The notes under the pieces: generated by a model
Told to the model about the DNA's origin: nothing
Databases searched by the model: none
What the model saw: the letters and a program-made list of their open reading frames with translations, nothing else
Made by a program: the position numbers and the translations under genes
Source: Eledone cirrhosa
Lineage: Eukaryota
Direction of reading: 5' to 3'
Assembly (NCBI GenBank): GCA_964016885.1
Contig: OZ024741.1
Location: forward strand, 309,008,001-309,072,000
Length of the DNA: 64,000 nt
In this document: piece after piece, positions 1 to 16,503 of the stretch
Numbering within the stretch: position 1 is the first letter of the stretch
Layout: the number at the start of each line of letters is the position of its first letter

Positions 1-79
<79 letters not shown>

Positions 80-433
80 TCACTCCCTTTAATAAACCAA
101 ACCCCATCACGTTACATCTCACTGCCCTCAAACATTGGTCCCTTACAGTTTCCCAGTGTCTTTCTCTATCCTCCTCTCACCCTCCTTCCTTCCAATAAAA
201 AGATACATTCCTAAATCAAGCAAAATACTAGTTTTCTCTAACACCATCACCTTGCTCGCTCATTCACACTCTATCTCTCTTTCCTTCTCTATATGTCCAT
301 CTGTTTGTCTATTTGTCTCTCAGTCATTGTCTGTCTGTCTGTCTGTCTGTATGTATGTTTTGTGTGTTGGTTTTGCTGTCTGTCTGACTGTCTCTTAATC
401 AGTATGTTTGCCTGTCTATCTGTTTGTCTATCC

Positions 434-553
<120 letters not shown>

Positions 554-979
554 TACTCTCTTTCTCTCTCTCTCTCTCTGTCTCTCTATCTTACCCCCCC
601 TCCCGCTTACCCCCCCTCCGTGTCCCCCCCCCCTCTGTCTCTCTTGTGCATTCTCACCTCTTTCTTGCCCTTCATCTATTTGTTCTCCTTTCTAGAAACC
701 CGTTTCACTCGTCCATTATAGTTTGCCTTCATTCATTCATTTGTTCTTCATTCATTTTGACTCATTCCTGTACCGACCCACTTTTTGGCATCTATTTTTA
801 ATGAACATATATACACACGCACACGTGCATACACAGACGTATGTATACATATACACACGCGAGCACACACATACAGATACACATATAGTTATGTTCATAC
901 ACACTCGCTCACACTCATACACACACACACATATAAATATAAACAAGATATTTTTTCTACCAATCAGGCGTGAGAGACT

Positions 980-1710
980 ACACTTACACGCTCATCCACC
1001 CATCGCATATACACACATACACGCACACATACAAACTCACTCATACACACACAAACACACACAAACACAGACACATTCACACACCCACAAACACACACTC
1101 CACACTTACACTTTCATCCACCCACATTATACACACATACACACACATTCACACACACATTCACACACAGACACACACTTCACACTTGCACTCTCATCCA
1201 CCCATCGCACACACACACACACACACGCACACACAGATACACACTCACTCATACATACACAACCACACACACACACACAAACACACACACCTATTCACAC
1301 ACCCACAAACACACACTCCACACTTACACTCTCATCCACCCACAGCATACACACATACACACACACATTCACACACCCACAAACACACACTCCACACTTA
1401 CACTCTCATCCACCCATCGCACGCACACACACACACACACACACATACACACTCACACATACACACACAACCACACGCACACAAACACACACACCCATTC
1501 ACACACTCACAAACACACACTCCACACTTACACTCTCATCCACCCATCGCACGCACACACACACACACACACATACACACTCACACATACACACACAACC
1601 ACACGCACACAAACACACACACACATTCACACACCCACAAACACACACTCCACACTTACACTCTCATCTACCCATCGCATACACATACATATTCACATAA
1701 ACACACACAC
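980..1710. repeat. CA-rich complex tandem repeat
   Basis: cacacttacactctcatccacccatcgca recurs about 7 times with variable (CA)n spacers. Confidence 0.85.
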
Positions 1711-2749
1711 ATAATTACTTATTGTTTTGTTTGTTTTACTCATTAGACTACGATCATACTGGAGCGTCGCCTTGAAGGGATTCTGTTGATTGTTTTGACC
1801 ACAATACTTACGTAATCAAATCGTTATAGCACACGTAAACATAGACACACACATACACAAACATCTATCTCAATATATACGTATGTGTGTGTGTACGTGT
1901 GTGTGTGTGTGCGTGTCTGCGTGTGTGTGTACGTGTGTATGCGCAGAAAGACTGTTATTCATTGAACCAATGAAATATGAGGCCATATACATACTTTTAA
2001 ATATACGCACACTCATGCCTCCAATTCATGTTCTCACAGAAATATATATGTAAATATGTAAATATGTAAATATATGTAAATATGTATGGACCTTGTGAAG
2101 TCTCAGTGCCACCGTCTTGGGAATTTTAAATCGCCAAGTATGACAGTCGATTTCTTCCAGAGAAGGAGAGAGAAAAGGAGAAAAAGAGAGCGAGAGAGAG
2201 AGAAAGAGAGGGTGAGAGAGAGAGAGGGGGGGGGGTAGATAGATAGATAGAGATAGAGAGAGAGAGAGAGGGGGAGAGAGAGATAGAGAGAGAGAGAGAT
2301 AAAACAAGGAGAGACTGATTGTGAGAAAATAAATGAAAAAGAATATGCAGGCTGAATCGACCCCTTCTACTGTAATGGTACTTTTTATCGACCTTGAAAG
2401 GATGAAGGGAAAATTTGACCTTGACGCGATTTGAAAGAATAACACAAACCATTCTATTCGGCCTTCGAATGACTTTATCAATTCGTCACCTATCGCAGAA
2501 GTATATACTCAGTTGTTATTGCAATATGCGATAATTGAAGCAATATCTGATAGTGCACTTTGATCTTAGGCAAATTGACTGAAATATCGTCGAGCTTGTT
2601 GACTATAGAAAATATTCGTAAATTCAGATAGGACAGAAAACAGATATTAATCCTTAAGGGTAAGTCCCTATGTAAACATCATTTTGCCATCTCTTTTCTC
2701 ATATTTATTGATGCTTTATCAAAGCTAAAACATAAATTGATACAGGAAA

Positions 2750-3310
2750 TAATTCTTTCTAGCATATAGGCAAAAAGCCAATAATTTTGGAGCAGAGGAA
2801 AGTCGATTAAATCGACCTCATTTCTTAACTGGTACTTTATTTTATCGAATCTGGATGAATGAAAGATAAAATGTGACTTATGTGGAATTTGAAGTCAGAA
2901 CGTATAAAATCTTAAGTAATTACAACAATACATTTTTTCAGTGCTCTAACGATTTTGCCAGTCTACCTCCTGCAACAGCACAGGAAATAATTGTTTCTAC
3001 TTTAGGCACAAGGCCAGCAATTACCCAGTGCATTACTGGTACTTTATTTTATCGACCCCGTAAGGCAAAGTCAACCTCGGCGGGATTTGAACTCAGATCG
3101 TTAGGCACTTGGTCAGCAAATTTGAGGAGGGGGAAAGTCGATTAAATCGAGCCCAGTGCGTTACTGCTACTTTATTTTATTGACCCCACAAGGATGAAAG
3201 GCAAGGCTAACCTCGGCGAGATTCGAACTCAGAACATAGAAAGTTTTAACTAATCACCGCTAAACATTGCGTTCGACGCTCTAACGACTCTGGCAGTCTA
3301 CCCTCTTTAA
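2750..3310 (-). mobile_element. Cluster of about 3 tRNA-derived SINEs
   Basis: ctggtactttattttatcgacccc..ggatgaaaggcaaagt..cctcggcgggatttgaactcaga repeated; B box GAGTTCAAATCC on the minus strand. Confidence 0.85.
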
Positions 3311-3999
3311 CAATACAGGAAATAATAAAACTAATAATGCTTCCAAACCAAGTATTTATTGCTTCGTGTAATATAAAGTCTAAAACCAAAAATAAGAGCA
3401 CAAGGTAAAAACAAAAGTACAATGACAGGCCTATATCACAAAAAAACAAAAACCCCAAAAAAACCGCTCTGCGATAAATAAAGTTTAGCTCTGCTAGCTA
3501 CACTGCCCAGGTGATCAACAAACTTACTTGTGGCAGTGTTCCCCCGGATGGGTTGAGCCAGCTCCATCGAAGGAGTTCATAGTGTAAGTTCCTTTCAATG
3601 GAGTTTCTTCCGGCGATTGGTTTTAAAAGTTCTGCCAAGCCGCATTGCATCGGTTATAGTACCGCCAAGCATTGCATCGGTTATAGCGCCGACCTCTCGC
3701 TTTCACACCCAACCCAATTTGGTGGAGCCAGTACCACGACGGGGACGCACGGGAGGGATTTGGGCCGGCAGAGGTGATAAACAACCAATTTGAGTCATCC
3801 CACTACCCAGCCCAGGCATATCGACGCTAGTTACCGATCAACAAACTAACGCGCTAGCTGAATCAAAAACATGCCGGACAATGGCGTGTCTGATTTGAAA
3901 TGTCCAGCCTGTATAAAACTCAAATCTGACCTACAATTCTTGGGTCAACATATTTCATAAGATACAAAATCGCGGAATAATTAGGAAGAAGCATAAGCA

Positions 4000-4150
4000 T
4001 AGGCGAATTAGTATGATTGCTAGAATGTCTGACAGTTTGCCAAGCGTTATATATTTCACTCCTCTACGCTCTCAGTTCAAAACCAGCCGAGATCAACTTT
4101 ATCTTTCATCCTTTTGAAAACGATAAAGTCCTAGTCAAGAACTTGGATTG
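4000..4150 (+). mobile_element. tRNA-derived SINE (diverged)
   Basis: ctcagttcaaaaccagccgagatcaactttatctttcatcctttt. Confidence 0.65.
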
Positions 4151-4151
4151 A

Positions 4152-4360
4152 TTCTTCTCCCCCCCTCTCTCTCGTGCTCACTCTCTCTCGGAATGAGCTA
4201 CAAAACACCACCATACATTCTTCTTCCCCCCCCCCCCCTCTCTCTATCGGAATGAGCTACAACACACCACCATACATTCTTCTTCTCCCCCTCCCTCTCA
4301 TGCTCACTCTCTCTCTCTCGGAATGAGCTACAATACACCACCATACATTCTTCTTCTCCA
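4152..4360. repeat. ~60-75-bp tandem triplication
   Basis: cggaatgagctacaa.acaccaccatacattcttctt x3. Confidence 0.9.
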
Positions 4361-4830
4361 CCCTGCTATTCTTGGGAGGGTCATCGGGTATTAATTATCC
4401 TCTGACACGTATTCCAGAGGGTCCTATCAGAAGCAACCAACATCAGTTGACCCGGCTGGATCCCAAGCGATACTTACTGACTTCAACTTCCTCGTAGTCT
4501 ACCTTGGGATCTCAAGCCAGCCAGTTAGCTTCGCCTGTAGAGTCTGTCCAGCGATTTTTCCCATAGACATTTTCACCACATGTCCATATCGGAGAAATCA
4601 TCTTTAATTCGGTGAATTAGCGGCACTATTTGGAGTCCCTGATTTCCGAGCTGTGTACCCTATCGAGTAACGTTACTCATTTCGGCCGTTTGTATTTGCA
4701 ATCGTATTATTTTGGTCATTAACCAAGATTCATAACCATCAGCAAGGGCAGGCACGAATATCGAATTGAAGACAACGGGTTTGGCTCTTAATCATACACC
4801 GCTTCTTCCGATGACCGAATGTTGAAGCAT
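4348..4830 (-). mobile_element. Degenerate RTE LINE 3' fragment
   Basis: Homologous to 9849-10247 (ccacatgtccata, tatcgagtaacgttact, catttcggccg). Confidence 0.7.
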
Positions 4831-4897
4831 AAATATACTGTATACATAGTTTTTACAGTCTAAGGAATCTGTAGCATAAAGGCGAAACTTGGATCAG

Positions 4898-4997
<100 letters not shown>

Positions 4998-7042
4998 ATG
5001 AAATGTTACCAGTTAAGATAAGTAAGACCTTTTTTTAATTTAGTACTCTATAACTTTGATAGGTTTCGGCCAGTATAGGCCCTGGCCATGTCTAACTTAA
5101 AATCACCTATACTTAAGAAAAGTAGAGTGTAGATATTATTATAGGGATTTTGCCTTGCAGCTTATAGCTTTTAAAAATGGTACTAGCTTACCCGTAAGAC
5201 AACATATCCTGATGATAATATATAATATACATGTATGTGTGTGTTTGTATCTGTGTGTGAATGCTTGAATTTATAAACTGAATGGTCGCCCACACTAAAA
5301 TCCGGCCCCGGGCTGCTCTTTATTTGATACACATACTCACGTATTTTCTTTCTCTTTCTATCGCTTTCATCCCTCCCTTCAGTCATTCCTTCATTCTTTC
5401 ATTTATTTTTTTCTTTCTCTCCTTCTTTATATCGGTCTATCACAACCCCCCCTCCCACCACCCACACCGCCACTCTTTTCTGCACTTCCTTTAATAAACT
5501 AAAATACATCTTGTCACACCTCACCGCCCACGAAACACTGGACTCCAACATAATCCTATTGTCTTTCTTTAATACCGTAAAAACTGCAAAACAAAAACAA
5601 ACTACATCACGTCAAGCTTAGTACCCATTTTCTTTTGTACTATGCCCTTCCTTTCCCATAGTCTCTCTTGCTTTCTCTGTCTCTTTGTCTCTCTTATTGT
5701 TTCTTTCTGCCTTTAACACTTTCTCTCCCTCACACTTTCTCCCTCCCCCTCCCCCTTCTCTCATTTTCTATATTACACTCTCACCACTTCTCTCTTGCTC
5801 GCGTTTCTCTGTTTGCTCCGTTTTTTTTTCTCTAACTTTGTTCTGTCCATCTAAAATATCTTTCGTGCTAACTCCTCCACTGTCACCACCACCGTCACAC
5901 CTCTACCAGCAGCAGCAGCAGCACCACCACCACCACCACTACCGTCACACCTCCAACACCGGCACCACCATCACCACCACCACCACCGTCACCGTCACCT
6001 TCACCACCACCACCACCACCGTCACCCCCACCTTTATCCCCCCCCCCCCCTCCAATCACGGCCTCCACCCCCACCACAACTCCACCATCACCACTACCGT
6101 CCACCCCAACCCACCCCATCGCCCCCACCTTCACCACCATCAACCACCACCGCCATCATCACCGCCTCCACCACCACCACTATCACCCAACCGCCACCAC
6201 AATCACCTCACCATCACCCCCCACCATCATCATCATCATCATCACCATCTCCTTTACAAATTCATTCATTCGTGGATGCATTCATTTATTCTTTCGTTTG
6301 TTTCTTCCTTTTCATTCATTCATGCACCGATCTATTTTTTGTATCTATTTTTAATGAACGGATACTCTCACCCCCCACACGTGTGTGCATATATACACAC
6401 AGACATACACACGCGTGTGCATATATACACACACACACATGTGTGCATATATAGACACGCACATTTATTCACACAAACAGACACACACACACACATACAC
6501 ACACGTGTGCATATATATACATGCACATTTATACACACAAGCAGACACAAATACACACATACACACACCAACATATACATACATATATAAATATAAACAA
6601 GACACTCAATCTACCAATAAGGTGTGAAAGAATACGTTTACACGCTTAGCAACCCATCACATAAACACATACATACTCTCACATACTCACACACACAAAC
6701 ACATACGCAAACACACACATACACACGCGGACACATGTATACTGTCAACACACACGCGCATACATATACATGCACACACATAAGCACACACATGTATAGT
6801 GTCAACGCACACAAACATTCACGCACACACACACACACAAGCACACACATGTATAGTGTTAACTCACACACAAACACACCCACACAGATATACGTGCACA
6901 AATATACATACATGTTGTTACACTCACACGTGCACTCATACACACTGTCACACACATAAACATATGCATAAACATGCACCCAAATATACGCAAACTCAAG
7001 TACACACACACACACACACACGCACACGGACACACACATACG

Positions 7043-7123
<81 letters not shown>

Positions 7124-8589
7124 AGCTATAAATATTTGTTGGGATTCATGAGGTGGTGATGAATTATCCTTATTTTAAACTGATTTATTCGGACTAGTGG
7201 CGCCATCATAGTTGTTATAATCACAACGTTTAGACTGTTGTATCTCCTAGTCTACTAATAGTATTTATGGTATACGATAGTGAAACAAAGTTGATCTCTG
7301 TTCTAAGCCTGGCCGCTCACCAAGCCGGTGCTTGTTCCGGTTACATCGGCGTTAAGTGATTGAGCAGAAAAGTTTCCCCCTGGACAAGATGCCAGTTCAT
7401 CGTAGTGTTAACCACCAGCCACTGTAGTAGTCATTTTATGCTGAGTGTACAGGAGTAACATAAAATTAAGTGTGAACACGACGCAGTACCCAGTGCAAAA
7501 ATCGATCTCATGGCATTATGATCGTTAGTCTAACGCCCCTAACCACTAGGACAGGCGCTTTCATACATATATCAGCAGATTTGTCAACTCTCCTCGTCCG
7601 ACGGGGAGATCTCCCACCCACTTTGGGGTGGATGAGAGATGTCTTCTTCTCTTGTGAAAATGGGTGTGGCTTTCATTATGTAACATCTCCCCATTTTGTT
7701 TCATTTCTCCTCGTTTTGGAGCACTTTTTTCATGGTACTCCCTATTTGAGGATTTAGAGGTTGGCAGGTCTGTATATCAGGTATATGACAACGTTCAGCC
7801 CTAGTATTTTGTATTTTTCTCTATCTATTAATGCCATTCATAATCACAGTACTTTCTCTCCCTCGTTTCATTAAATATATCTGATCATTCTATTTGATCC
7901 GCTGCCTAAGTTGATCGAAACATATGTTGCTTTCAACAGCTGGCTATCAGAGAAAGATCCACCACTTACTAATGTTTGTCAAAACTTGGATTAGTTTCCT
8001 ATTGCTGGAGTTACTTCCCTTAATGGTTGTTTCTAAATTTTGAACTCCAGAACAAAATCAGTTAATTGAAGATTTTTCCTATAAATAAATAAATATATAT
8101 ATATGAATGAAAAATAGAGCGAGAAACGGGACTGTCCATCATCAGTGATCTTCTGATTATCATCGATATTTCTTCGCATTAAAGACCAGATACCTCAAAA
8201 TCAGCGCGAGCAATAACTAAAATAAGTTATTGGGACAGAGCGAATTGGGTGGAGAAAGAGGGACAGTAAACAAACAAAAGTAGTAATGCAACGTAAAGAG
8301 AGGAAATGAGAGACAAGTCAATGATACATGTGAACTTAAGTTCGACCAAATCAACGACGAGAAGACGGCAGACGCGAAATGTGAGCAGGAAAAGGATTTC
8401 ACACAGGTCAGAAGGGAGGAAGCGAGAGAGGGGAAGCCACAGAGAGTGAGTGAGTGAAAGTGTGAGGAAGAGGCCAACCGAGAGAGTGTGACCAGCAGAG
8501 GGAGTGAATGAAAGCAAGAGGTATAAGGAGAGAGAAGGGGGAGAGAGAAAGAGGATAGCAGTAAGGTGATAGAAAAAGACGAACCACGG

Positions 8590-8638
<49 letters not shown>

Positions 8639-8642
<4 letters not shown>

Positions 8643-8830
8643 AAAAGCGTCAGGACCCCGACGGCTGAGGTCCAGTCGTTTCGACAGTTAGATCCGAACC
8701 GTTCGGATCTAGCTATCGAAACAGCCGGAGCTCAGCCGTCAGGGTCCTGATTCTTTTCCTATTACGCACTCTACTACCCTAAGTATCGAGTACTCTGGTG
8801 CGTTATGGTCCACCTGATTCCTTACCACAC
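8639..8830 (+). mobile_element. Family A asymmetric fold-back element (3' half of HHR)
   Basis: Palindrome 8639-8762 centred at 8700, tail 8763-8830, inside (TA)n. Arms carry cGAAAcggc..gagctc..gccGTC. Confidence 0.8.
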
Positions 8831-8840
8831 TTTTTTTGTT

Positions 8841-8878
<38 letters not shown>

Positions 8879-9080
8879 TAATGAAATCGTCGGTAACGGC
8901 AATAGAACATGTGAATATTTAAATCGTTTTTTTAATTTATTTAAAAGATCGTTTGATGATTACGTGTTCCGCTCATTTTTATAGTTCTGGTATCTCAAAT
9001 TGGTACCATCGAACTACAACTATTATAAACACCATGCATATTTCTGTAGGTACTTGGTGCTTGTTGGAATATCCATACCC

Positions 9081-9167
<87 letters not shown>

Positions 9168-9312
9168 TATATTGGTTTTCCGAACCTTTCTATCAATACA
9201 GTAATTCCCTTTTTCCCTCTGTACTTATCTCCTCAGAATCTATTGGTTGTATTATCAAATCGGCTAAACTATTATATATATATATAGTAGCTTTAATCTG
9301 TTATTTTAATAA

Positions 9313-9384
<72 letters not shown>

Positions 9385-9848
9385 TTGTGTGAGTATGTGT
9401 GTGTGTGTCTGTGTCTGCGTATGTGTGTGTGTGTGCGCGCGCGTGCACATTTCATGAGGTGTCTCTGCCCTCCGGTTAAGCTTCTTCCCTTTCGAAATGT
9501 TAGAAGTTTAACCGTTCGGCAGGGAATCGATTGCCGTTGGTTGCCAAGACATGGGTTAATAGGGCATTACGAGTTATTTCTAGACTTTGAACATCCCCGG
9601 AAGTGAGTTATTGTCTTCAAATTGGGCGATTTCAGGTAACTGGCACTTTGAGCACACTAGGTTTCATCGGTGAAATTTTTTATAAATAAAAAAGAATAAA
9701 AGCTAATGGGGAAATAAAAATACATTAAAAAAAATGGGGACCTAAGATATAGCTCACCCGGTCATTCTAAAAGCCATGTATATATATATATACACACATA
9801 TATACACACATACATAGACACACTCACGTAAATCTCTCTCTCTCTCTG

Positions 9849-10247
9849 TTCTTCTTCTTCGACCACTTATTCCTTAGAGGGTCGTGGGGACAGTCCCCAA
9901 ACACTCCTTCCAACAGGTCCTGTCAGAACAAACCGTCTCCAACTGATCCAGCTAGATCCCCAGGAGGTACTATCCAAGCTCATAGATGTTACCCAACCAT
10001 CTTGCTTGGGGTCAACTCCTGGGTCTCCTACAGGTTGGTTTTGCCAGTAAAATCTGTCCAGCAATTCTTTCCCGAGACATTCTAACCACATGCCCATAGT
10101 ATCGGAGCTGTGATTTCTCAAATCGGAGAAGTAGCGTCTATACAGGAGTGACTCTCTGGTCTCCGAGCTATGCCCTTTATCGAGTAATGTTACTCCAAAA
10201 TCCTTCGGAGGAATCCCATTTCGGCCGCTTGTATTCGCGATCGTATT
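9849..10247 (-). mobile_element. RTE-clade LINE 3' fragment
   Basis: Minus translation [13 protein letters not shown]...EKSQLRYYGHVVRM..ER; (GAA)n tail. Confidence 0.85.
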
Positions 10248-10262
10248 CTCTCTCTCTTTCTC

Positions 10263-10355
<93 letters not shown>

Positions 10356-10369
10356 TTCTCACTCTCTCT

Positions 10370-10431
<62 letters not shown>

Positions 10432-10486
10432 ATATATATATATATAGAGAGAGAGAGGTAGATAGATAGATAGATAGATAGAGATG

Positions 10487-10524
<38 letters not shown>

Positions 10525-10695
10525 TATACATATATATACATATATACATATATACACACACACATACATATGTGTGTGTATATATATATATATGTATATA
10601 TTACGTTCAGATCGATCTAGTGATATTGGTAATTCACTTTGGAGGCATGGCTAAATATTGATAATACAGTATACATAATACATACATACAAACAT

Positions 10696-10736
<41 letters not shown>

Positions 10737-11603
10737 TAATACATACATACAAACATCCATAGATATATAGACATATATTGACACCCACATAACCACACGC
10801 CCACTGACACACACACACATGCACACACATGCGCACACAAATACAAATGAAGAAATAAAATGAGAATGTGTAAGCAAGCGTTACACGAGCGGTTTATGTT
10901 CCGTCAAAATTGCCCGGATGTGCAATTGAACAAACCACAGACAATGGCGGATTAATGAAGAGATTGTTCATTAAGACAGGTTTTTTGAGAATTGGTAAAA
11001 CTGGACCCTCCCTGCAAACCACTACCCCACTATTACCACCACTACCCTTCCTCCTACGACGCCGACCATCACCACCAACACCACAACCACCGCCAACATC
11101 ATCACCCTTCAATTCCTAAAACTCTATAGATACTACTACCACAACGCCAGCCACCATAACTACAACCACCACAATTATCATCCAACCACAGAACCACCAC
11201 TCAAGCACAACCATCAGTACCACAGCCACCATCATCACTGCCCAACCACAACTACCGCGACTAAAACCACCACAATCACTCCCTGACCTAGACCAACACC
11301 TAAAGCAACACCCCAGGTCCCACAACATAACCCCTATCACACTCTTGTCTACCACTCCCTCAACCACTTCCCAACTACCACCGTGTCCAACACCCACTCA
11401 CTGCCTCTAACACCTAAGCTACTGTCCTCACCACCACCACCACCACCACCACACACCACCACCACCAACAACAACAACAACAACAACAACCACAGCCACG
11501 ACCACCACGACCACGACCACGACCACCACTACCACCATCACCACCACCATATGTACACGCGTGCAATACACACACACATACATATATATTAATATATAAA
11601 TAA

Positions 11604-11789
<186 letters not shown>

Positions 11790-12184
11790 AGTGTATGTGT
11801 GTGTGTTGGAAATATTCAAAGTTAATGTCTTTCCTTAATTCATCATCTCGTATTTAAAGGAGATATGATGGCCTCTTATAATATGATTTAACATAAAAAA
11901 AAAGTGAGGGGAGAATAGCACATACAATAGAAAAGGATATTATCGTACAAGCTATAACGTACAATTAAGAGAAACTGTTACGAAGGCGAGCCTATTCTTA
12001 AAGCTATTTTTCTGAGCGACAATACATTAAAAATACCCTATATATGAGACTGCAGGAGATAACTTAAGAACTTCAATAATAGCGTCAACGTAAATTACGA
12101 GAGTCCCAGTAAAAGATACGTAGTTTATGAAACTAGAATTTTTTCAACACGCTAAGGCGTGTATGAGTATATTATTATAAATTA

Positions 12185-12488
12185 AAGGTTAACTTTGCCT
12201 TTCATCCTTACGGGGTCGATCAAATAAAGTACCAGTAATGCATTGGGATAAATGCTGGCCTTGTGCCAAAAGTAGAATCACTTATTATAAACGCACGGAT
12301 TGGCAGTATCGGTAGAGGGTCGGACGCCATGCATTGCAGCATAGAGTTACAGCCCTTTATGGTCTGAGTTCAAATCCCACCGAAGTTAACTTTGCCTTTC
12401 ATGCTTGCGGGGTAGATAAAATAAAATACCAGTAATACACTGGGGTAATTGCTGGGCCTTGTTCGAAAAGTAGAAACAATTATTATAA
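12185..12488 (+). mobile_element. Two tandem SINE copies
   Basis: A box tggcagtatcggtaga, B box gagttcaaatcc, family body, (ATT)n tail. Confidence 0.85.
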
Positions 12489-12577
12489 ACGCACAAACAC
12501 AGACACACTTACAAAAACACATACTCACAGACATACATTCACACAAATACACATACATTTACACAAACACACACATA

Positions 12578-12615
<38 letters not shown>

Positions 12616-12625
12616 TTTACATAAA

Positions 12626-12906
12626 CATCACCCCTTCCTTCCTCAATCATTTCTAGAGTGTGACGTTATCACTCCTCTTCTTTCCTCAGTTATCTCTAGT
12701 GCGTGATGTCACCACCCTTCCTTCCTCAATCTTCTCTAGTGTGTGACGTCATCACCCCTTCTTCCTTAGTTATCTCTAGTGCGTGACGTAATCGCATCTT
12801 CCTTCCTCAATCATCTCTAGTGTGTGACGTCATCACCCCTTCTTCCTCAGTTATCTCTAGTGTGTGACGGACAGACGGACGGAAGTCTCTCAAATTTATA
12901 CATAGA
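12626..12906 (-). mobile_element. Helitron 5' fragment carrying a ~39-bp minisatellite (about 6 alternating A/B units)
   Basis: Minus strand starts TCTATGTATAAA..ccgtccgtctgtccgtc; unit cttcctcaatcatctctagtgtgtgacgtcatcaccc. Confidence 0.6.
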
Positions 12907-12989
12907 TACACTTTACATAATAGCTTATATCTGAAACGATTGTGTTCTTTTGGAAGAGTATTTGAGGAAAAGAAACCATTCCTTTTATT

Positions 12990-13780
12990 AATATTGATTT
13001 CTAATTTAGGGAGCAGGCTAACAGGAGGTTTGCGAGAAGGTAACGTTGATTAAATTAATCCCAGTAAGTGATTTGTACTTTATTTTATTGACCCGAAAGG
13101 ATCCCACGGTGGGATTTCATCTCAGAATGTAAAACACCAGAGTAAATTCCGTAATGGTATTTTATTCGAAGCTCTATCAATTCTAGGCGCGAATTGGCAG
13201 AGTCGTTAGAAGGTCAGATAGAATGCTTTATGGTATTAGTTCCGGCTCTCTGCTCTCGGAGTTCAAATCTCGAGGTCAACTTTGCTTTTCATCCTTTCGA
13301 GGTCGATTAAAAAAAGAACCAGTCTAGTACTGGGGACGATTCTTCCTCTATATCTCTTTGTCAGTTTCGCTTTCTATTCTCGCTTTCTATCTTTCTCTGG
13401 AAGAAATCTGCTGTACTGAGGCCTGGAGAGGGATGGGCTTCGCCAGGCTTAAAATGCCCCAAGAAACGCCCTATGTCAATACCTTACCACTACGAATCCA
13501 CCAGAAGTTACGGGATCATACATACTACCAATTTTATCAATTCTAGCTACCCACCGCCTTAAGCTTTCAAATTCAGACAAAAAGCCATCAGTTTATGGAA
13601 ATGGGAGAAAGCCATTATACTGACCTCAGTACTTTACTGGTATTTGATTTTATCGACTTCGAAGGGATGAAAGGTAAAGTTGGCTTTGGCTGGATTTGAA
13701 CGCAGAACGTAAAGAATAGAATCAGATACCGTAAAGCCCTTTGGTCGATGCTCTAACGACTCTACCAATACATTGCCCTA
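12990..13780. mobile_element. SINE copies in both orientations
   Basis: Minus ~12995-13180, plus ~13187-13340, minus ~13565-13780. Confidence 0.7.
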
Positions 13781-14317
13781 ATTCCTATTACCAATAATGC
13801 AATAGTTGCTTCTATCGTACCTAAGGTGTACGCAGTGCTGCTAAAACCAGCGGTGGATGAAGTCTACCACACAAATAGATCATAGAGTGGTTTCAAATCA
13901 GAATGAAAGGAGTCAAAATTCTTCAGCAAGAAATAATGAAAAGGCAATTTTAAGCAGAAGGGAAAGGCAAAGAATGAAAAAGAGTGACTGGAAGTAAAAG
14001 ATGGTAATAATACGATAGAGAAAATTACAGGATGCAGTAAAGAAACGTATTCATTTCACTCAGTTGTGACAGCAGAGAGCAAGCGGTGGCTACATAGATA
14101 TGGAAGAGGGAGACGGGTGGAGTCATCAAACAGATAAACAAACACTCAGAATTATATCATATAATATATATTTTACACGCACATTCATATATACATTGAT
14201 ACATACACACATATATACACACACACATATATATGTATATATACACACACACATATATATGTATATATACACACACACATATATATATATATTTTTTTTT
14301 TTTTACATATATACATG

Positions 14318-14382
<65 letters not shown>

Positions 14383-14632
14383 CTATATATACATATATAT
14401 ATGTATATATATATAAATATATATGTGTGGGTGTGTGTGTGCGTGTGTGTGTGTGTGTGTATGTATGTATTCCTCCACAAACGTATCCGATAGCTACTCA
14501 CCTCCATTAATGGATGATTCACTTCTTAACAACAACAACATCAATAACTACAAAAAAGTAAAAGTAAAAGACAACCTTCAACTTTATATGGAAAACACTA
14601 CAAAAATACCCGTTTTTCTGTCGTTAGATTTA

Positions 14633-15278
<646 letters not shown>

Positions 15279-15594
15279 TTTTCTTGATGTAATTGTAGTT
15301 CTTGTAGTATTTGTTGCGGCTGTTGTTGTTGTTGTTATGACTAGTATTGTTGGTTTTAAGCTGTCTGTTTGTCTAAACTGTGATACCCACCCTGGTGCCC
15401 CACCACACCATCTTCAAACAAAGCAATATCATTGAAGTGTACCTGGGTGTATGAGCTGGGGAGAGTCCCCTGTTGACGGGGTACGGTGGAGTGGTGGTGG
15501 TTGCTGTTTGTTCGGGTGTTTGTGAGCATGCATATGTGTGTGTGTTTGTGTTTGTGTTTGTGTGAGTGTGAGTTCGTGTGTGTATGCATGTATG

Positions 15595-15641
<47 letters not shown>

Positions 15642-15783
15642 GTGCATGTGTTTGCGTGTGTTCTAATACGCACGTGTGTTTGTTTGTATACACACTCACA
15701 CACACACACACACACATACACACACACACATACATACACATATATATATCTATATATATGAATGTATACATACACACACACAT

Positions 15784-15826
<43 letters not shown>

Positions 15827-15830
<4 letters not shown>

Positions 15831-15887
15831 AAAAAGTATGACCCCGACGGCAGAGCTCAAGCCGTTTCGACGGCTATTTCTGGACTT
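15827..15887 (-). mobile_element. Family A single arm
   Basis: ggaaaaagtatgaccccgacggcagagctcaagccgtttcgacggcta directly after (TA)n. Confidence 0.75.
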
Positions 15888-16091
15888 TACTTTTATGACG
15901 TAATTGTCTGTGTGTACAAAGTGTTTTTTTTTTGTTTGTTACATTTATAGTTAAATTTGTACAGGTGTATGGACGTGCATGCGCAAGTATGTTTATGTGT
16001 GCGTATGTTTATTTAGGCGTATATGTGTATGTGCATGTTGGAATCTTGGCCTATCTATCTATCTACCTATCTATCTACCTACTTATCTATC

Positions 16092-16133
<42 letters not shown>

Positions 16134-16140
16134 AACCTAT

Positions 16141-16503
16141 CAAATATCATTTTGGAAGAAGAATCAGGATGGAGAGAGAGGTGCTGTACCCCAGCAAATT
16201 TTATAAAAGGTGGGTGAATGTGGTAAAGATGGCCCGAGTGGTTGGGCCTTCTCTCTATATAAGCCTGTAGGTTGAGGAAAAAGAGGAAGAGAGGAAGGGA
16301 GTACTCACTCTTGGTGCTCCTGGAGATGAGGGTTCGGCATTTTTTCGGGGTGTGTACAACCCCTGTGTAACACCTCCCCCCTATTGGAGATTTCAATTGT
16401 TATTTGTTATGGTATTAATAGTTTTATTTTCATATACCTGTATGTAACCTCCCCATTTGTATTTGTCCCCTTCTTTTGTGCCCTTGTGGTTAATAAATAA
16501 ATT
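16141..16503 (+). mobile_element. Second short 3' fragment of the same Tx1/L1 LINE
   Basis: KYHFGRRIRMEREVLY...GPSLYISL* and homologous 3'UTR, inside (TCTA)n. Confidence 0.9.

Noticed and set aside
3500-3800. GC-rich structured segment with gcg-tccccgt-cgt (HDV L3-like) on the minus strand
   Set aside because: No P1 partner or P2 3' strand found; probably a retroelement 5'UTR remnant that could not be assigned.
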